The notes below the pieces were generated by a model. The model did no database searches. It had not been told where the DNA came from and saw only the letters and a program-made list of their open reading frames with translations. From Gnetum montanum (taxonomy: Eukaryota; Plantae; Gnetophyta): a stretch of 64,000 nucleotides of DNA. How positions within the stretch are numbered: the first letter of the stretch is position 1; the number at the start of each line of letters is the position of its first letter. The translations under genes were made by a program, and so were the position numbers. The stretch spans positions 416,744-480,743 of the forward strand of contig MNCI01002498.1 of assembly GCA_015680685.1 (NCBI GenBank). The letters are read 5' to 3'. This document shows, piece after piece, positions 40,395 through 52,345 of this stretch.

Positions 40395-42067
40395 AAATTT
40401 GTCAGCTTTCAAAACTTGTTTGTTACTCTTATCCAATACAACCATACAAAGCATCTCATCCCTTTTCTATGGTTCATAGTGATGTCTGGGGTCCATCAAA
40501 AATAAAAAATGTGATAGGGGCGAGATGGTTTGTATCCTTTATCGATGATCACACAAGACTCACTTGGATATTTCTAATGGAAGAAAAATCTGAAGTCAGC
40601 CAAATCTTTAAAATTTTCATGAACATGATTCAGACACAATTTAAAACAAAAATCCAAATCTTGAGAACTGACAATGCAAAAGAATATTTCAATATGCAAA
40701 AGAATATTTCAACTTTGTTCTTAGGGATTTTCTGTCTAAAGAGGGAATTGTCCATCAAAGCTCTTATATCTATACCCCACAACAAAATGGGAGAGCTAAA
40801 AGGAAAAATAGGCATTTATTGGAAGTTGCCCAAGCCCTCCTATTTTCCTATCAAGTTCCAAAAATTTTTTTCAGAAGAAGCAGTTCTTACTACTGCATAT
40901 CTCATCAATCGAATGCCATCACGAGTTCTTAAATTCCAGAATCCTTGTCAAGTCCTTTGAAAGCTTTTCCAACAACCCAACTCATCTCATCAATCCCTCT
41001 CAAAGTATTTGGTTGTACAGTTTTTGTTCATATTCCCCAACAATTTCATAGCAAACTTGATCCCAAGGCCACCAAATGTGTCTTCCTAGGATATTCACCA
41101 AATCAAAAGGGGTATAAGTGCTACTATCCTAGTACAAAACAATTTTACCACTCAATGGATATCACATTCATGGAAGCACAGCCTTATTATCCCAAAACCA
41201 ACATTTAGGGGGAGAGTGAAAATCAGGAATATCTTTTTTGGGATCCAAAACCAAATCCTTCTTCTATCAAGACACTCACTCAATCCAGCCCAAGCCCAAA
41301 CCTCAGTCCACTATCGAGTCCTCCTCATGAGATTGTAAACAAAGAGCTCATTGTGTACTCAAGAAGGAAACCAACTCAAAAGGATATGGAAGAACAATTC
41401 TACCCAAGAACTGTTCATGAAAATGTGTCGAATTCAATCCAAAATAACTCACATCCAGGTAACACTAATTCAATTCCTGATTCTAATGAACTTTTGGATT
41501 TACCAATTGCATTAAGGAAAGGGGTAAGGTCATGTACAAAACACCCAATACAGAACTTTGTTTCTTACAAAAAGTTGTCACTTGGATATCATGCATTTAC
41601 TATGAACCTTTCAAATATTCAGATTCCCCAATAATATTCAAGAGGCTCTTCAAAGACCAAAGTGGAAATCAACGGTGGATGATGAAATCAATGCTCTGAT
41701 GAAGAATGGAATGTGGGATTTAGTTGAGCTAACGAATGGGAAAAATACTGTCAGATGTAAATGGATCTTCACGATTAAATACAAGGCAAATAGAAGTATT
41801 AACAGATACAAAGCTCGCCTTGTGGCCAAGGGCTTTACACAATCTTATGGAATTGATTACCAAGAAACTTTTGCACTCATTGCCAAACTAAATACCATCC
41901 GAGTCCTTCTATCCCTTGCAGCTAATCTTGATTGGCATCTACACCAATTGGACATCAAAAATGCATTCTTGAATGGAGATCTTGAAGAGGAGGTTTACAT
42001 GGACATTCCACCAAGTATCAAGTCTATAGAAAATGTCAACAAAGTATGCAAACTAAAAAAATCTCTT

Positions 42068-45000
42068 TAGATAGAAAACCCAAGGCCCCACGCCCCTTCT
42101 GCTTCGAAGCGGCCTGGTTAGCCAAACCGTGGCTGAGGCCACTGGTGGAGGAGATTTGGGTTGACTACCGGCCCGGCCAGGGGGACCCATGGGATTTCCT
42201 CAAGGGTGCCTTGCTCCGGCTGAAGTGGGCCATCAGGGCCCTCCCTGTGGACGCAAAATTCTCCTTCCGAACAGGCCTGCGGAAGCTCCGTGCCCAGCTA
42301 GGCCAGATCCAGGCCCGACAGGAAGCAGGTAAGGACTTACACGTGGAGGAGCTACACACGCTGCGGCAGCTTCAATCTCTTGACCTCAAAGAGGAGACGT
42401 ACTAGCGACAACGTTCCCGGATCCGATGGATCAGGGAGGGGGACAAACAGACCAGATTCTTCTTTGCTATGGCCAAAACCCGAGGGGGCTGTCATCCCCG
42501 TTGCCTCCGCAACCAGGCCGACGAGACTATTGATGATCCACAACAAATTGCGCACGAGCTAACACAATACTGGCACGGGATTTGGGCCAGGCGCCCCACC
42601 ACACCCATCTCGGTTCCCGTACAACGTGTACTGAGCGAGCACGACAACGTTCGGCTGCTGGCCCCTTTCTCATGGTCGGAGCTCACGGCCACGATCACTA
42701 GCATGCCAAGCAGCAAAGCACCTGGTCCTGATGGTTGGAGCCTTGAATTTTTTAATACATTCATAGATATTGTGGGACCCAATATTATAGATGTGTTCAA
42801 TCTTATGCTAGCCAGGAGACAGGTTCGAAAGGAACTCAACTGCTCCCACATTGTGTGCATCCCAAAGCAATCTAACGCACACCACCCGGAACATTTCCGC
42901 CCCATTGGGGTTTGCAATGTTCTCATCAGGATCTTCTCCAAGCTGCTGGTGAGTCGGCTTGTGCCGCTCATGCCCAAGTTGGTGGGGATCAACCAGGCGG
43001 GGTTCGTGCAAGGACGGGCCATTCAGGACCAAATCCTCCTCTTGTAGGAGGTGTTTCATTCGCTTCGGAATACAGGCTTTCCCGGACTTTGCCTCAAACT
43101 TGACATCACCAAGGCTTACAACACGCTCAGCTGGGAGGCCTTGTAGTCCATCATGTTACGGAAAGGGTTTGATTTGCAGTTCATCCGCCTTTGCATCCAC
43201 ATGCAGTCCTCAGCCGGTTTCTCCTTTGATGTGGGGGGGCATTTATGGGGCCTCTCCTCCCTTGGGCGGGGGTTGAGGCAAGGGGACCCGCTCTCACCCC
43301 TCCTTTTCATCATTGTCATGGACTTAATGTAGCACTACTGCAGCACCTCGGGAGTGGACGGTCTAAACATTGCCGACGTGGCATGCCGGACCGAACACTA
43401 TGCGGACGATACGATGTTGCTCAGTAGAGCGACGGTCCCACAGGCACAGTGCATCAACGTTGCCTTGTCCCGTCTTGCGGCCAAATTGGGGCTGGAAATC
43501 AATCGAACCAAATCCTCCGCCCACTTCCTTAATGTGGATGCAGAGGTTAAAAACTGGGCAATACACATCCTGAATATCCTGCCTGGCACATACAGCAACA
43601 CATATCTAGGCATCCCCCTCTTCAGATGGGGACGGACCACGGCATGGGGCCCGCTGCTCGAAAAAATCGAGAGAAGAATGAGCCATTGGACAAACAGATT
43701 CCTTAGTCGCAAAGGGCATCTGTTGGTGGCCACTGGAATCCTCACAGCAATCATGCGGTTCGTGGCAACCGTGGCCACCCCTCCGAACGCGGTCATCTCT
43801 GCGGTTAATACTGTTGTCCATACCTTCGTTTGGGAGGGGGGCAAGGGGGGGCGCAGAATTCATCTGGTCCGTTGGGAGCAAGTAGCGTGCCCCCAAAGTG
43901 TAGGGGGCTTGGGTATCACATCATTCGAGGACGAGTTGATAATAGGACAACAACGGTTACTGCTTCGATTTTCGTGCCCCCAGGGAGAACTGACCCCATG
44001 GATCCGCATCATGAAAGCCAAATATCTGCCATGGGTTTCCGGGGCGCGGGATTCGAGGCCGTGGCAAGGGCTCTGCCGGCACGCACGCACAATGTAGACC
44101 TTGGGTTGGGGGAGCCTCGAGCTGCGGGCCCTCCTAACGGCCAAGTACCCTCGGCTGGACGACTGGCGGCAAATATGGCAGGGACACCTGCCCGAAAAAA
44201 TTAAATTCTTCCTGTGGCTTCTCCAAAACGATGTGTTGCCAGTACGGGCCCTGCTGCATCGACGCGGGATTCTAAGCACTGCTACGTGTCCTGCATGCGG
44301 TGCCGATGCGGAAACGACGCAGCACTTCGCGGCGGAGTGCCCTTGCATGCGCGCCACGTGGCACGCAGCGACTATGCCCCCCCTGAGATGCCTCACGGGC
44401 GACTCCCAAGCCACGCTACTTTTATGGGTAGCGTGGAAGGCACGGAATAACGCCGTCTTCCAACAGCAGCAGCACCCCCCTCCACAGCACTTGGTCTCCC
44501 AGGCTATCGCGGCGTGGAAAGAAATCGAGGAAACCATGGGAACTACGCCCACCTTCGAGTCGGACTGCGCCACGTTCCAGGTGGACGAGGCACTTTGGTA
44601 GTTGGTGATCCAGTGCGGCTGGTCAGAGCCTCTGCAGCGGCTGGTCAGGGACCCTGATCTGGCAAATGACGCGTTTTTCTCCAACTGGGTCAACGACCGT
44701 ACCTTCTTCCGCGGGCGTGAAATCTGGGTCACAGAATCCTCGATTGCCAGCTGTCTAAGGGCCCCGATCGCTGGGGAAATCCTCTTGCCCTCTACCCGTG
44801 GCCTCCAGGACGTGGAACTGTTCTTTGATGGGCCCGTCCCCCAGACTCAGAGCCGCCAGGTCCCCAGATCTTCTCTGTCGCGCCTATGGGCCCAAGGAAC
44901 TGATTTGATTGAATGCTTCTTCGTCCAATCTGGCAATGCTTCCAAGTTACAAGGCCTTCACTTTGCCTTCCTGCGTTGTCTCAAATTGGGTAGCCCGGTC

Positions 45001-46010
45001 AACCTCCCCCGCTTCTTTAAGGAGACCCTTAAGCTCAAATGCCANNNNNNNNNNNNNNNNNNNNNNNNNNNNNNNNNNNNNNNNNNNNNNNNNNNNNNNN
45101 NNNNNNNNNNNNNNNNNNNNNNNNNNNNNNNNNNNNNNNNNNNNNNNNNNNNNNNNNNNNNNNNNNNNNNNNNNNNNNNNNNNNNNNNNNNNNNNNNNNN
45201 NNNNNNNNNNNNNNNNNNNNNNNNNNNNNNNNNNNNNNNNNNNNNNNNNNNNNNNNNNNNNNNNNNNNNNNNNNNNNNNNNNNNNNNNNNNNNNNNNNNN
45301 NNNNNNNNNNNNNNNNNNNNNNNNNNNNNNNNNNNNNNNNNNNNNNNNNNNNNNNNNNNNNNNNNNNNNNNNNNNNNNNNNNNNNNNNNNNNNNNNNNNN
45401 NNNNNNNNNNNNNNNNNNNNNNNNNNNNNNNNNNNNNNNNNNNNNNNNNNNNNNNNNNNNNNNNNNNNNNNNNNNNNNNNNNNNNNNNNNNNNNNNNNNN
45501 NNNNNNNNNNNNNNNNNNNNNNNNNNNNNNNNNNNNNNNNNNNNNNNNNNNNNNNNNNNNNNNNNNNNNNNNNNNNNNNNNNNNNNNNNNNNNNNNNNNN
45601 NNNNNNNNNNNNNNNNNNNNNNNNNNNNNNNNNNNNNNNNNNNNNNNNNNNNNNNNNNNNNNNNNNNNNNNNNNNNNNNNNNNNNNNNNNNNNNNNNNNN
45701 NNNNNNNNNNNNNNNNNNNNNNNNNNNNNNNNNNNNNNNNNNNNNNNNNNNNNNNNNNNNNNNNNNNNNNNNNNNNNNNNNNNNNNNNNNNNNNNNNNNN
45801 NNNNNNNNNNNNNNNNNNNNNNNNNNNNNNNNNNNNNNNNNNNNNNNNNNNNNNNNNNNNNNNNNNNNNNNNNNNNNNNNNNNNNNNNNNNNNNNNNNNN
45901 NNNNNNNNNNNNNNNNNNNNNNNNNNNNNNNNNNNNNNNNNNNNNNNNNNNNNNNNNNNNNNNNNNNNNNNNNNNNNNNNNNNNNNNNNNNNNNNNNNNN
46001 NNNNNNNNNA
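42068..46010 (+). mobile_element. LINE E: young 5'-truncated L1-clade element in the copia RT
   Basis: 13-bp TSD AAAAAAATCTCTT (42055-42067 and 46011-46023) splits KLKKSL|HGLKQSP. One reading frame over 42070-45044 covers RT, zf-RVT and the PMD-like domain, with six TAG stops. The 3' end falls in N gap 45045-46009. Confidence 0.92.
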
Positions 46011-46977
46011 AAAAAAATCTCTTCATGGTCTTAAACAATCTCCACATGCATGGTTTGATCAATTTGCAAAGACTATAAAGAGACATGGCTATTCACAATG
46101 CCCAATAGATCATACTATGTTTGTCAAGCACTCTTCTGAAGGTAAAACATCCATCATTATTGTCTATGTTGATGATATCATCCTAACTGGGAATGATGAA
46201 AGAGAAATAACCACCCTGAAGAACTTCCTTGCTCAAGAATTTGAGATAAAGGACTTGGGAAATCTCAAATATTTCCTTGGAATGGAAATAGGAAGATCAA
46301 AAATGGGAATTTCAATCTTCCAACATAAATATGTTCTAGACTTACTCAAGGAAACTAGAATGCTTGGATGTAAACCAACTGACACTCCAATAAACAGCAA
46401 GTTAGATTCTAATGAAAAAAGTCCACTAGTGAACAAGGGGAGGTATTAGAGGCTTGTTGGGAAACTTCTTTATCTTTCTCATACTAGACCTAATATTGCT
46501 TTCTCAATTAGTGTTGTTAGTAAATTCATGAACAACTCAAGTAAAGAACACATGAGCAAAGTGTTTCAAATTCTAAGGTATCTAAAAGGTGCCCCTAGTG
46601 AAGGTCTGTACTTCAAGAAGACATCAACCAGAGATATCAAGATATTTATGGATGTTAACTGAGCAAGCTCCAAGACTGATAGAAGATCAACATCAAGATA
46701 CTGTACCTTTGTCTTTGGAAATCTTGCCACCTAGAGGAGCAAGAAACAATCTGTAGTAGCCCGTAGCAGTGTACATCATGATCGAACAAGCAATGTGGAG
46801 ATAGATAGGCACTTCATCAAAAAAAAAGAATAGAAGCAAGGATGATCTCAATTGATTATGCTCCTACCACAAATCAAATAGCTGACATCCTAACCAAGGC
46901 TCTTCCTAGAACTACCTTCAGAGAACTTCGATCCAAGCTTGGTCTTCTCAACATCTACAACCTAGCTTGAGGGGGAA

Positions 46978-47263
46978 TGTGGAAATCCAAATCAATTTTT
47001 AAGGGTTGTTTACAATTGTAATTCTTAGTAGTAGTTTCCTAATTTAATGGGATTTGTTGTAATCCCAAATCCAGCTCTTTTTTTTTGGAAAATTTCCTGA
47101 TTTTATGGTTCCTGGTTTTATGGTGATTTGTTTTTCCCCATAATCAGGGATTTCTGATTATTCCTTCTAAAAATAGTGTCCATATTCATGTATAATTCAT
47201 TGTAACACTCAAAAATCAGGGGGAATAAAAATTCAGTTTCTCTACTTTTTCTGAATAACTACA
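46978..47263 (+). repeat. Copia 3' LTR
   Basis: TG...CA, follows the PPT and is followed by TSD ATAAC. Confidence 0.92.
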
Positions 47264-49507
47264 ATAACAATGATATCGCATGGATTAAAATCATGACTAA
47301 ATGCATGCTATGGTCTGCCAATGCGGGAGACTCTGATTTAGAAAAATTTCTGTTGTTATTTTTATATGATTACCAATTTAAATCTCCCTGTGCACATATC
47401 AACAATGCAGGTTACTTTCCATGAACATATCAACAATGCAACTTACTAACACAATGTATGGGACGGTACCAAGCTAGCAAGGCATCTAGTGGGGAAGAGT
47501 GTCCAATAAAAGCAAAGTCTTTGCATGGCTGCCTAAGTAGCGTGTCATTCGCACAAGGGTGTTCCTTCAAGCACAAGGCCTTAAGATCAACGCTCAGTGA
47601 GCCTTTTGCCAAGTAAAACCAAAGACCATGGCACACCTGTTTTAACTCTATCCTTTCAGCCAAGCGGTTTGGGCTACTAGTGGATTGCAGCAACGAGAGC
47701 ATCTGACTGGCAACTCTCCTGCCACTCCGCTTGTGTGGGAACTCTAGAAGGCCAAAAACTCCCACATTTTCAACTCTGCTTCAATTCCCAGCCTGCCATC
47801 CATTGTTGCAACTGCATGGAAGCAATGGAGGAAAGCAAGCATTGCTACGAAGGCAAGGCTACTCCCACTTTTAAGCTGTATTGCTTGGATTTCAAGAAAA
47901 AATGAGGATCTGTAGTCAATGGTTTCTACCATGGGATGGGGGACCTTCTCTCAAAGCTGTGCAGAGAACCAAACTTCCAAGGGATGTAGTTTTACAATAG
48001 ATGATATGGGGATGTGATGACCTTCTAGGGAGTCTGAATTATGCTCCATGAGGACACTATTGTAGGATACTTGGACATCCCAAACACAGGTGAGATAATT
48101 CTTCCCTCTGTTTTTGGGATACATGACGCCACTTCGTTCTTACAAAAGCCAATCCCTTGAATTGCCAAGGGCTAGCTCCCCAAACTACTAATGACCAGGT
48201 ACCTGAATCCCATCTGTCACCCCTATGGCAACATGTTAAACTTGTCAAACATTTCTCTGGCCAATCTGGTAATGTTTGAAAGCACAAGGACCTTCATTTC
48301 ACTTTCATGTGTTGTCTCCAATTAGGTCGCAAAGTTAATCTTTTGAAATATTTCCTGGCCACACTTGCTCACCGACAATCCAAAAACCACTATGGGCTCA
48401 TTCTAGCCCTTTGGAGGGTAGAATGAGGACACCTCAATGTCCCACCCTGGTCTCTTCCTACTTTGGAAAACCCTATAGTTGCCTGGGTTTATCAATGGCG
48501 TGATGCATGCCAAAACACCATTGCATCCTCTTTAGATGCTCAACCATTTTCCTCTACCCCACAAAGGAACAAAAGCGCCACTCCAGATCAAGGATCTAGA
48601 GTCAACACTTAGGGTAATTTTCTAGCTGAACTTCAGGCGGATTTCCAGGCTAAGGTACCAGAAAGAATTCAAGAGATTAAGAGCCAGTTAGGAAAGGAGT
48701 CTAAGGCCTGTCCGGCCACCAAAATTTCTCAGCCCACTGAAGATATTAAGGTTCATTTGAAGTGGGAGGCCCACAAACAATAGCAAATCAAAGAGGTTGA
48801 GATGCAGTTTAGACTAGAGAATAAGTTAAGAGATAGGATTCAAGCTAAACTTCGGAAGGAAGTGGAACAAGAACAGAAAAGAGAACTAGAAGAGCAGCAA
48901 AGGAGGCATCAGGAGGAGCGGGAGTGTAAGAAAATGAGACCGATATCTTGCCCACCATGAAGACAACAGCAAGAACTAGTTCCAAGCGAGGAAATGCCCA
49001 ATATCTTGGGCTGGACATCAATTGCAGGACCCCCGGAAAGTCCTCTATGCCTACATCACGAAAATGTTAGTTTCTCTGCATCCTAATAAAGCTCATGGAC
49101 TTGATGCAGACCTTCTCTAGCAAAGGGAGGCTAAGTATCAGACTTTCCAGCAGGCAGCCAACTTCATCAATTAGGAGGAGCATAATATAGTGGGTTGGGT
49201 GCATGGCCAAGAAAGGCCACTTTGTAATTGTTGATCCCTTCGCTTCCCCTAATGGCCTGTCGTTTTTATAAATATATTAAGGGCCTGGGCTGCAAAGTTA
49301 TGGGGTTTAATGAGAATAATGGCTATGAATTGGGTCTTTGCTGCAATAAACCCTTTGGTCCTATTTTCTGCTCTGTCATTGCAGGGATTTTTGGCCGGGT
49401 TCTCCGTTTTTGGATTCTGTCTTTTGGTTGCTGGGACGGCCTCTCAACCCCCGTCATGATGTACATTTTTTAATTATAACTTAATTCCCGACTTTTTCCC
49501 AATAAAA

Positions 49508-49691
49508 AACATAAAACATCAAAAGTAAATAAAGTTCTTAATCAAAGAAGAAGTTTAATGAAAAATTTGAAAATGTCATTAAAATTACTTAAATCTTGTA
49601 GCACTCAGGAAAACAAAGATGTGGCTAAGCCTCAACATAAAACATCAAAAGTAAATAAAGTTCTTAATCAAAGAAGAAGTTTAATGAAAAA
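49508..49691. repeat. About 58-bp direct repeat, two copies
   Basis: AACATAAAACATCAAAAGTAAATAAAGTTCTTAATCAAAGAAGAAGTTTAATGAAAAA at 49508 and 49634. Confidence 0.9.
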
Positions 49692-49823
49692 ATTGAAAGA
49701 GTATAACAAATTTTGCAATTAATGCAAACCGGAGGAATAGAAAATCAATAATACTATGCTTGAAAGAAATTTTAGTAGTAAAGATAACATGAATATATCA
49801 CAACCAAAGGTAAAAATACTTAC

Positions 49824-49869
49824 AAGCTAGCATCTCCATCACTGAAGTAGTTTTACCAAAAGTATAGTC
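49824..49869 (-). CDS. 46-nt exon preceding the giant intron
   Basis: TGACAG|GAC...GCT T|GTAAGT. Encodes DYTFGKTTSVMEMLA plus 1 nt. The phase-1 end is completed by TG of exon 3134, giving LNVDNAMVDILRQFKG. Confidence 0.88.
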
Positions 49870-50343
49870 CTGTCATTAGATTTCCAGATGGTAAAAGCCA
49901 GTAAGTGACTAAGCTAACATCTGTCAGAGAATAATAAAAGTTCAAGAAATCATGAAGCTAAGTCCCTTTATAACAACATGCTAGATAAATTACCCAGATA
50001 GACTGTGATCAGATGCCATATAAAATGATTTACTCTAGAAATTAAATACACACAACCAAAGAAATTGGGCACAAAACTGTGGACTCAAAAAAAAGTACCA
50101 AACCATGCAAGCTGATTAGCCAATTTAAGGAGTGGACAGTGACTGACAGCCTCATGCTGGCCTTCATGAAGGAACTAGATTTGTTACATGATCAGGTTGT
50201 CACTAACGGTTGATTAATCATTTGTAAAATATTGAGTTTAAAAGCCATTCAGAGTTCTTTGAACAGGTAAAAAGAGATTATATTAATAAAATAAGATTTG
50301 AAGTACACTGAGATTATTCTTGAGATATAAAGAAAGTAATTAC

Positions 50344-50412
50344 CTTAGAAGTGGCACTAAGAAAATCCCACACCTCATGTTGTTCTGCTATGTTAGGGAT
50401 CAGCAATAACTC
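50344..50412 (-). CDS. Exon, PX domain C-terminal end
   Basis: GAGCAG|GAG...AAG|GTAATT. Encodes ELLLIPNIAEQHEVWDFLSATSK. Too short for the ORF track. Confidence 0.92.
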
Positions 50413-50883
50413 CTGCTCAGAAAATGTTGTCACAGAAAGTTCCATGACTACAAGAATGCTTGATAAAAAGCATACTAGATGTTTCAAAAATCATGAACAG
50501 CACATGCTGATATCTATAAAATAATGTATCTAACAAAGAGGAAAACAGAAACCCAAAATCAAGAACTCAATCTGCTATACGATTGTATGAAAATATTATA
50601 ATTAAACAATAAATTATAAAAATCTTGTCTAATATCATTATCTCAGTAATAATGTCAAACAGGTGGACAGGAAACAATTAAAAATGGTATAATGAATATA
50701 GGAAGGTTAGAAAATAAAAACTAGATCATTACTAAAAATAAGAATAAATGAATGGTCCCGTTTTTTATTAATAGGAACAGAATTGATATCGTATGAGAAT
50801 TAATGATGGGAAGCTCCTAAAACATACAAACCTCAAAGGCATTTCCTCCTAGAATTATACAGAAATACTTTATAGAACAATAC

Positions 50884-51028
50884 CTTCAAGTATTTGTCGA
50901 GCAAATGACAACGCTTTTGAATAAAAACATCGTCATTATTAGAGGAGATAAGCCTTTTCGGAGGTAAATGAAGATTATAATTTGGTATTTCTCGAAGGCG
51001 ATGATGTAGTTGCTCAAAATTACGAAAC
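50884..51028 (-). CDS. Exon, PX domain core
   Basis: CTTACCAG|G...AAG|GTA. Encodes (R)FRNFEQLHHRLREIPNYNLHLPPKRLISSNNDDVFIQKRCHLLDKYLK, with the PX RRY/F and LPPK motifs. Confidence 0.95.
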
Positions 51029-51215
51029 CTGGTAAGCAACATGCAAAGGCATAAGAATGTAATGCTTTAAGTCAATTTAAACAATGTTAAACTTATTAAA
51101 AAGCAAACGTTGATTATGCAAAAGAAATAGGCCATGGTTATTTATTTTAAAAAGTTGTTGCACAACATAACATTGGTATCAAAAGACAGAACATTTATGG
51201 ATCTCTTATCAATAC

Positions 51216-51316
51216 CTTCTGTCAACCAACCATGTTTTATTTTCTGAATTTGTCACAGCAATTGAGTAAATGGCTATGGGCCTTGATCCAACCTTTTGAA
51301 AATGAACTCCTATTAC
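51216..51316 (-). CDS. Exon, PX domain N-terminal part
   Basis: TTTGCAG|GTA...AG|GTATT. Encodes VIGVHFQKVGSRPIAIYSIAVTNSENKTWLVDRR, typical PX beta strands. Confidence 0.92.
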
Positions 51317-51406
51317 CTGCAAAGTCCTGAGATTTAGCAGCTTACAAGACTTAGATTTATCTTTGAGCACATTTATAAGATGCTTAGAGGTCAAGGATAT
51401 TCAAAC

Positions 51407-52091
51407 CTGACACCGCAATTTTTGAGATGGCACATGCCCTGCGAGCACCCTTCTTTCTTCTGTTTGATCACCATGGTGTATGCCACCTTTAATATTATCT
51501 ATGCCTGTAACCCCTAAAACTTTTGTGCATATTCTCATCTTCTCTTCCATCAGAGACAAATTATTTTGAACAGTCCTACATTCAGCATCAAGGCTTTTTG
51601 ATCTCCTATGCTGACATCTCAAGCTTTTAGTTTCCTCATGTTTATGTTTCTCAGTTAGAGAAGTCAGAGGAGCTTCTGTATTATCCTTCTTCTGCAGACT
51701 GCCTTTGAAGAATGGCTCAGGCAGTCTTCTCATCTTTACAGAATCACATTTTTTATGAATATCAACCTGTTTAGATAAATCATCTTTGTTATTGAGAAGC
51801 GTTGCAGGCTTTTCCATCAGAGTGGAATTTTTGTCCAATGAAGCGTTCCTTTCTTGGCCTTCACATTTTCCCATAATAGGAAGATTGCAGCAATCATATT
51901 TAACCTGACCACCATCATGAAAGTTTATATCTTCTTTGAAATTATCTTGCTTTCTAACTGGGCATGTCTTGTCTTCAACGGAGTGATCTATGTGATGCTC
52001 CCCTTCTTGATATTTGCTGCAGTTATTATTTGTCTTGGAGAAAGAGTCATCTTTCGAAAATACGATGCACTCAATCATTGCATTAATAAAT
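51407..52091 (-). CDS. Exon of PXA-PX-Nexin_C sorting-nexin-like gene (end of PXA region plus linker)
   Basis: Acceptor TTGCAACAG|A, donor CAG|GTTTGA. The 685 nt are open: (R)FINAMIECIVFSK...GHVPSQKLRCQ. Phase matches the next exon. Confidence 0.85.
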
Positions 52092-52345
52092 CTGTTGCAA
52101 ATGACACGTATAATTACTAGCCATAGCACATAGCAAGTCTCAAGAAAAGCGTGTTAATGTGATAAGATTTAGGCCTGCATTCAAATCATATCAATATGTA
52201 AAAGAAAAAGAATTAAGAGATACAATCAGTACTTGTAGTTTGGAAACTTTAGGTGAAAACTTTTTAAGAGATGCACCTAAAAACAAATCAGTGTTTTATT
52301 TGATAACAATTAGGCCTTAGTAAATAAATGTTTCAGAGAAAACTG

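Larger units (their letters stand above)
32243..47263 (+). mobile_element. Complete but decayed Ty1/copia LTR retrotransposon carrying two LINE insertions
   Basis: LTRs 32243-32529 and 46978-47263; TSD ATAAC; PBS TGGTATCAGAGC at 32530; PPT GAGGGGGAA. Gag KLNGQNYLQWS, protease VDSGASNHMTG, WHYRLGHP, integrase [22 protein letters not shown] and VYVDDIIL, RNase H. Confidence 0.95.
30660..49509 (+). mobile_element. LINE C: old, 5'-incomplete L1-clade element split by the copia (parts 30660-32242 and 47264-49509)
   Basis: GDQNTKFF and RGIR*GDPFSPYFF on the left. On the right: zf-RVT about 47460-47770, PMD-like about 47860-48360, coil 48760-48960, J remnant LHPNK at 49076-49090, and end CCCGACTTTTTCCCAATAAAAAA. 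Confidence 0.82.
3135..49823 (-). other. 46,689-bp GT-AG intron of the sorting-nexin-like gene
   Basis: Donor GTAAGT at 49823, acceptor TTTCAG at 3135. Flanking exons join in frame with continuous family similarity. Length includes about 2.1 kb of N gaps. Confidence 0.85.

Noticed and set aside
42046-42405. ORF crossing the copia/LINE E boundary
   Set aside because: A chance start codon in copia sequence upstream of a 5'-truncated LINE.
44602-46449. 615-aa ORF apparently fusing the LINE domain to copia RT
   Set aside because: It is read through a 965-N gap. The TSD shows a simple LINE insertion into copia.
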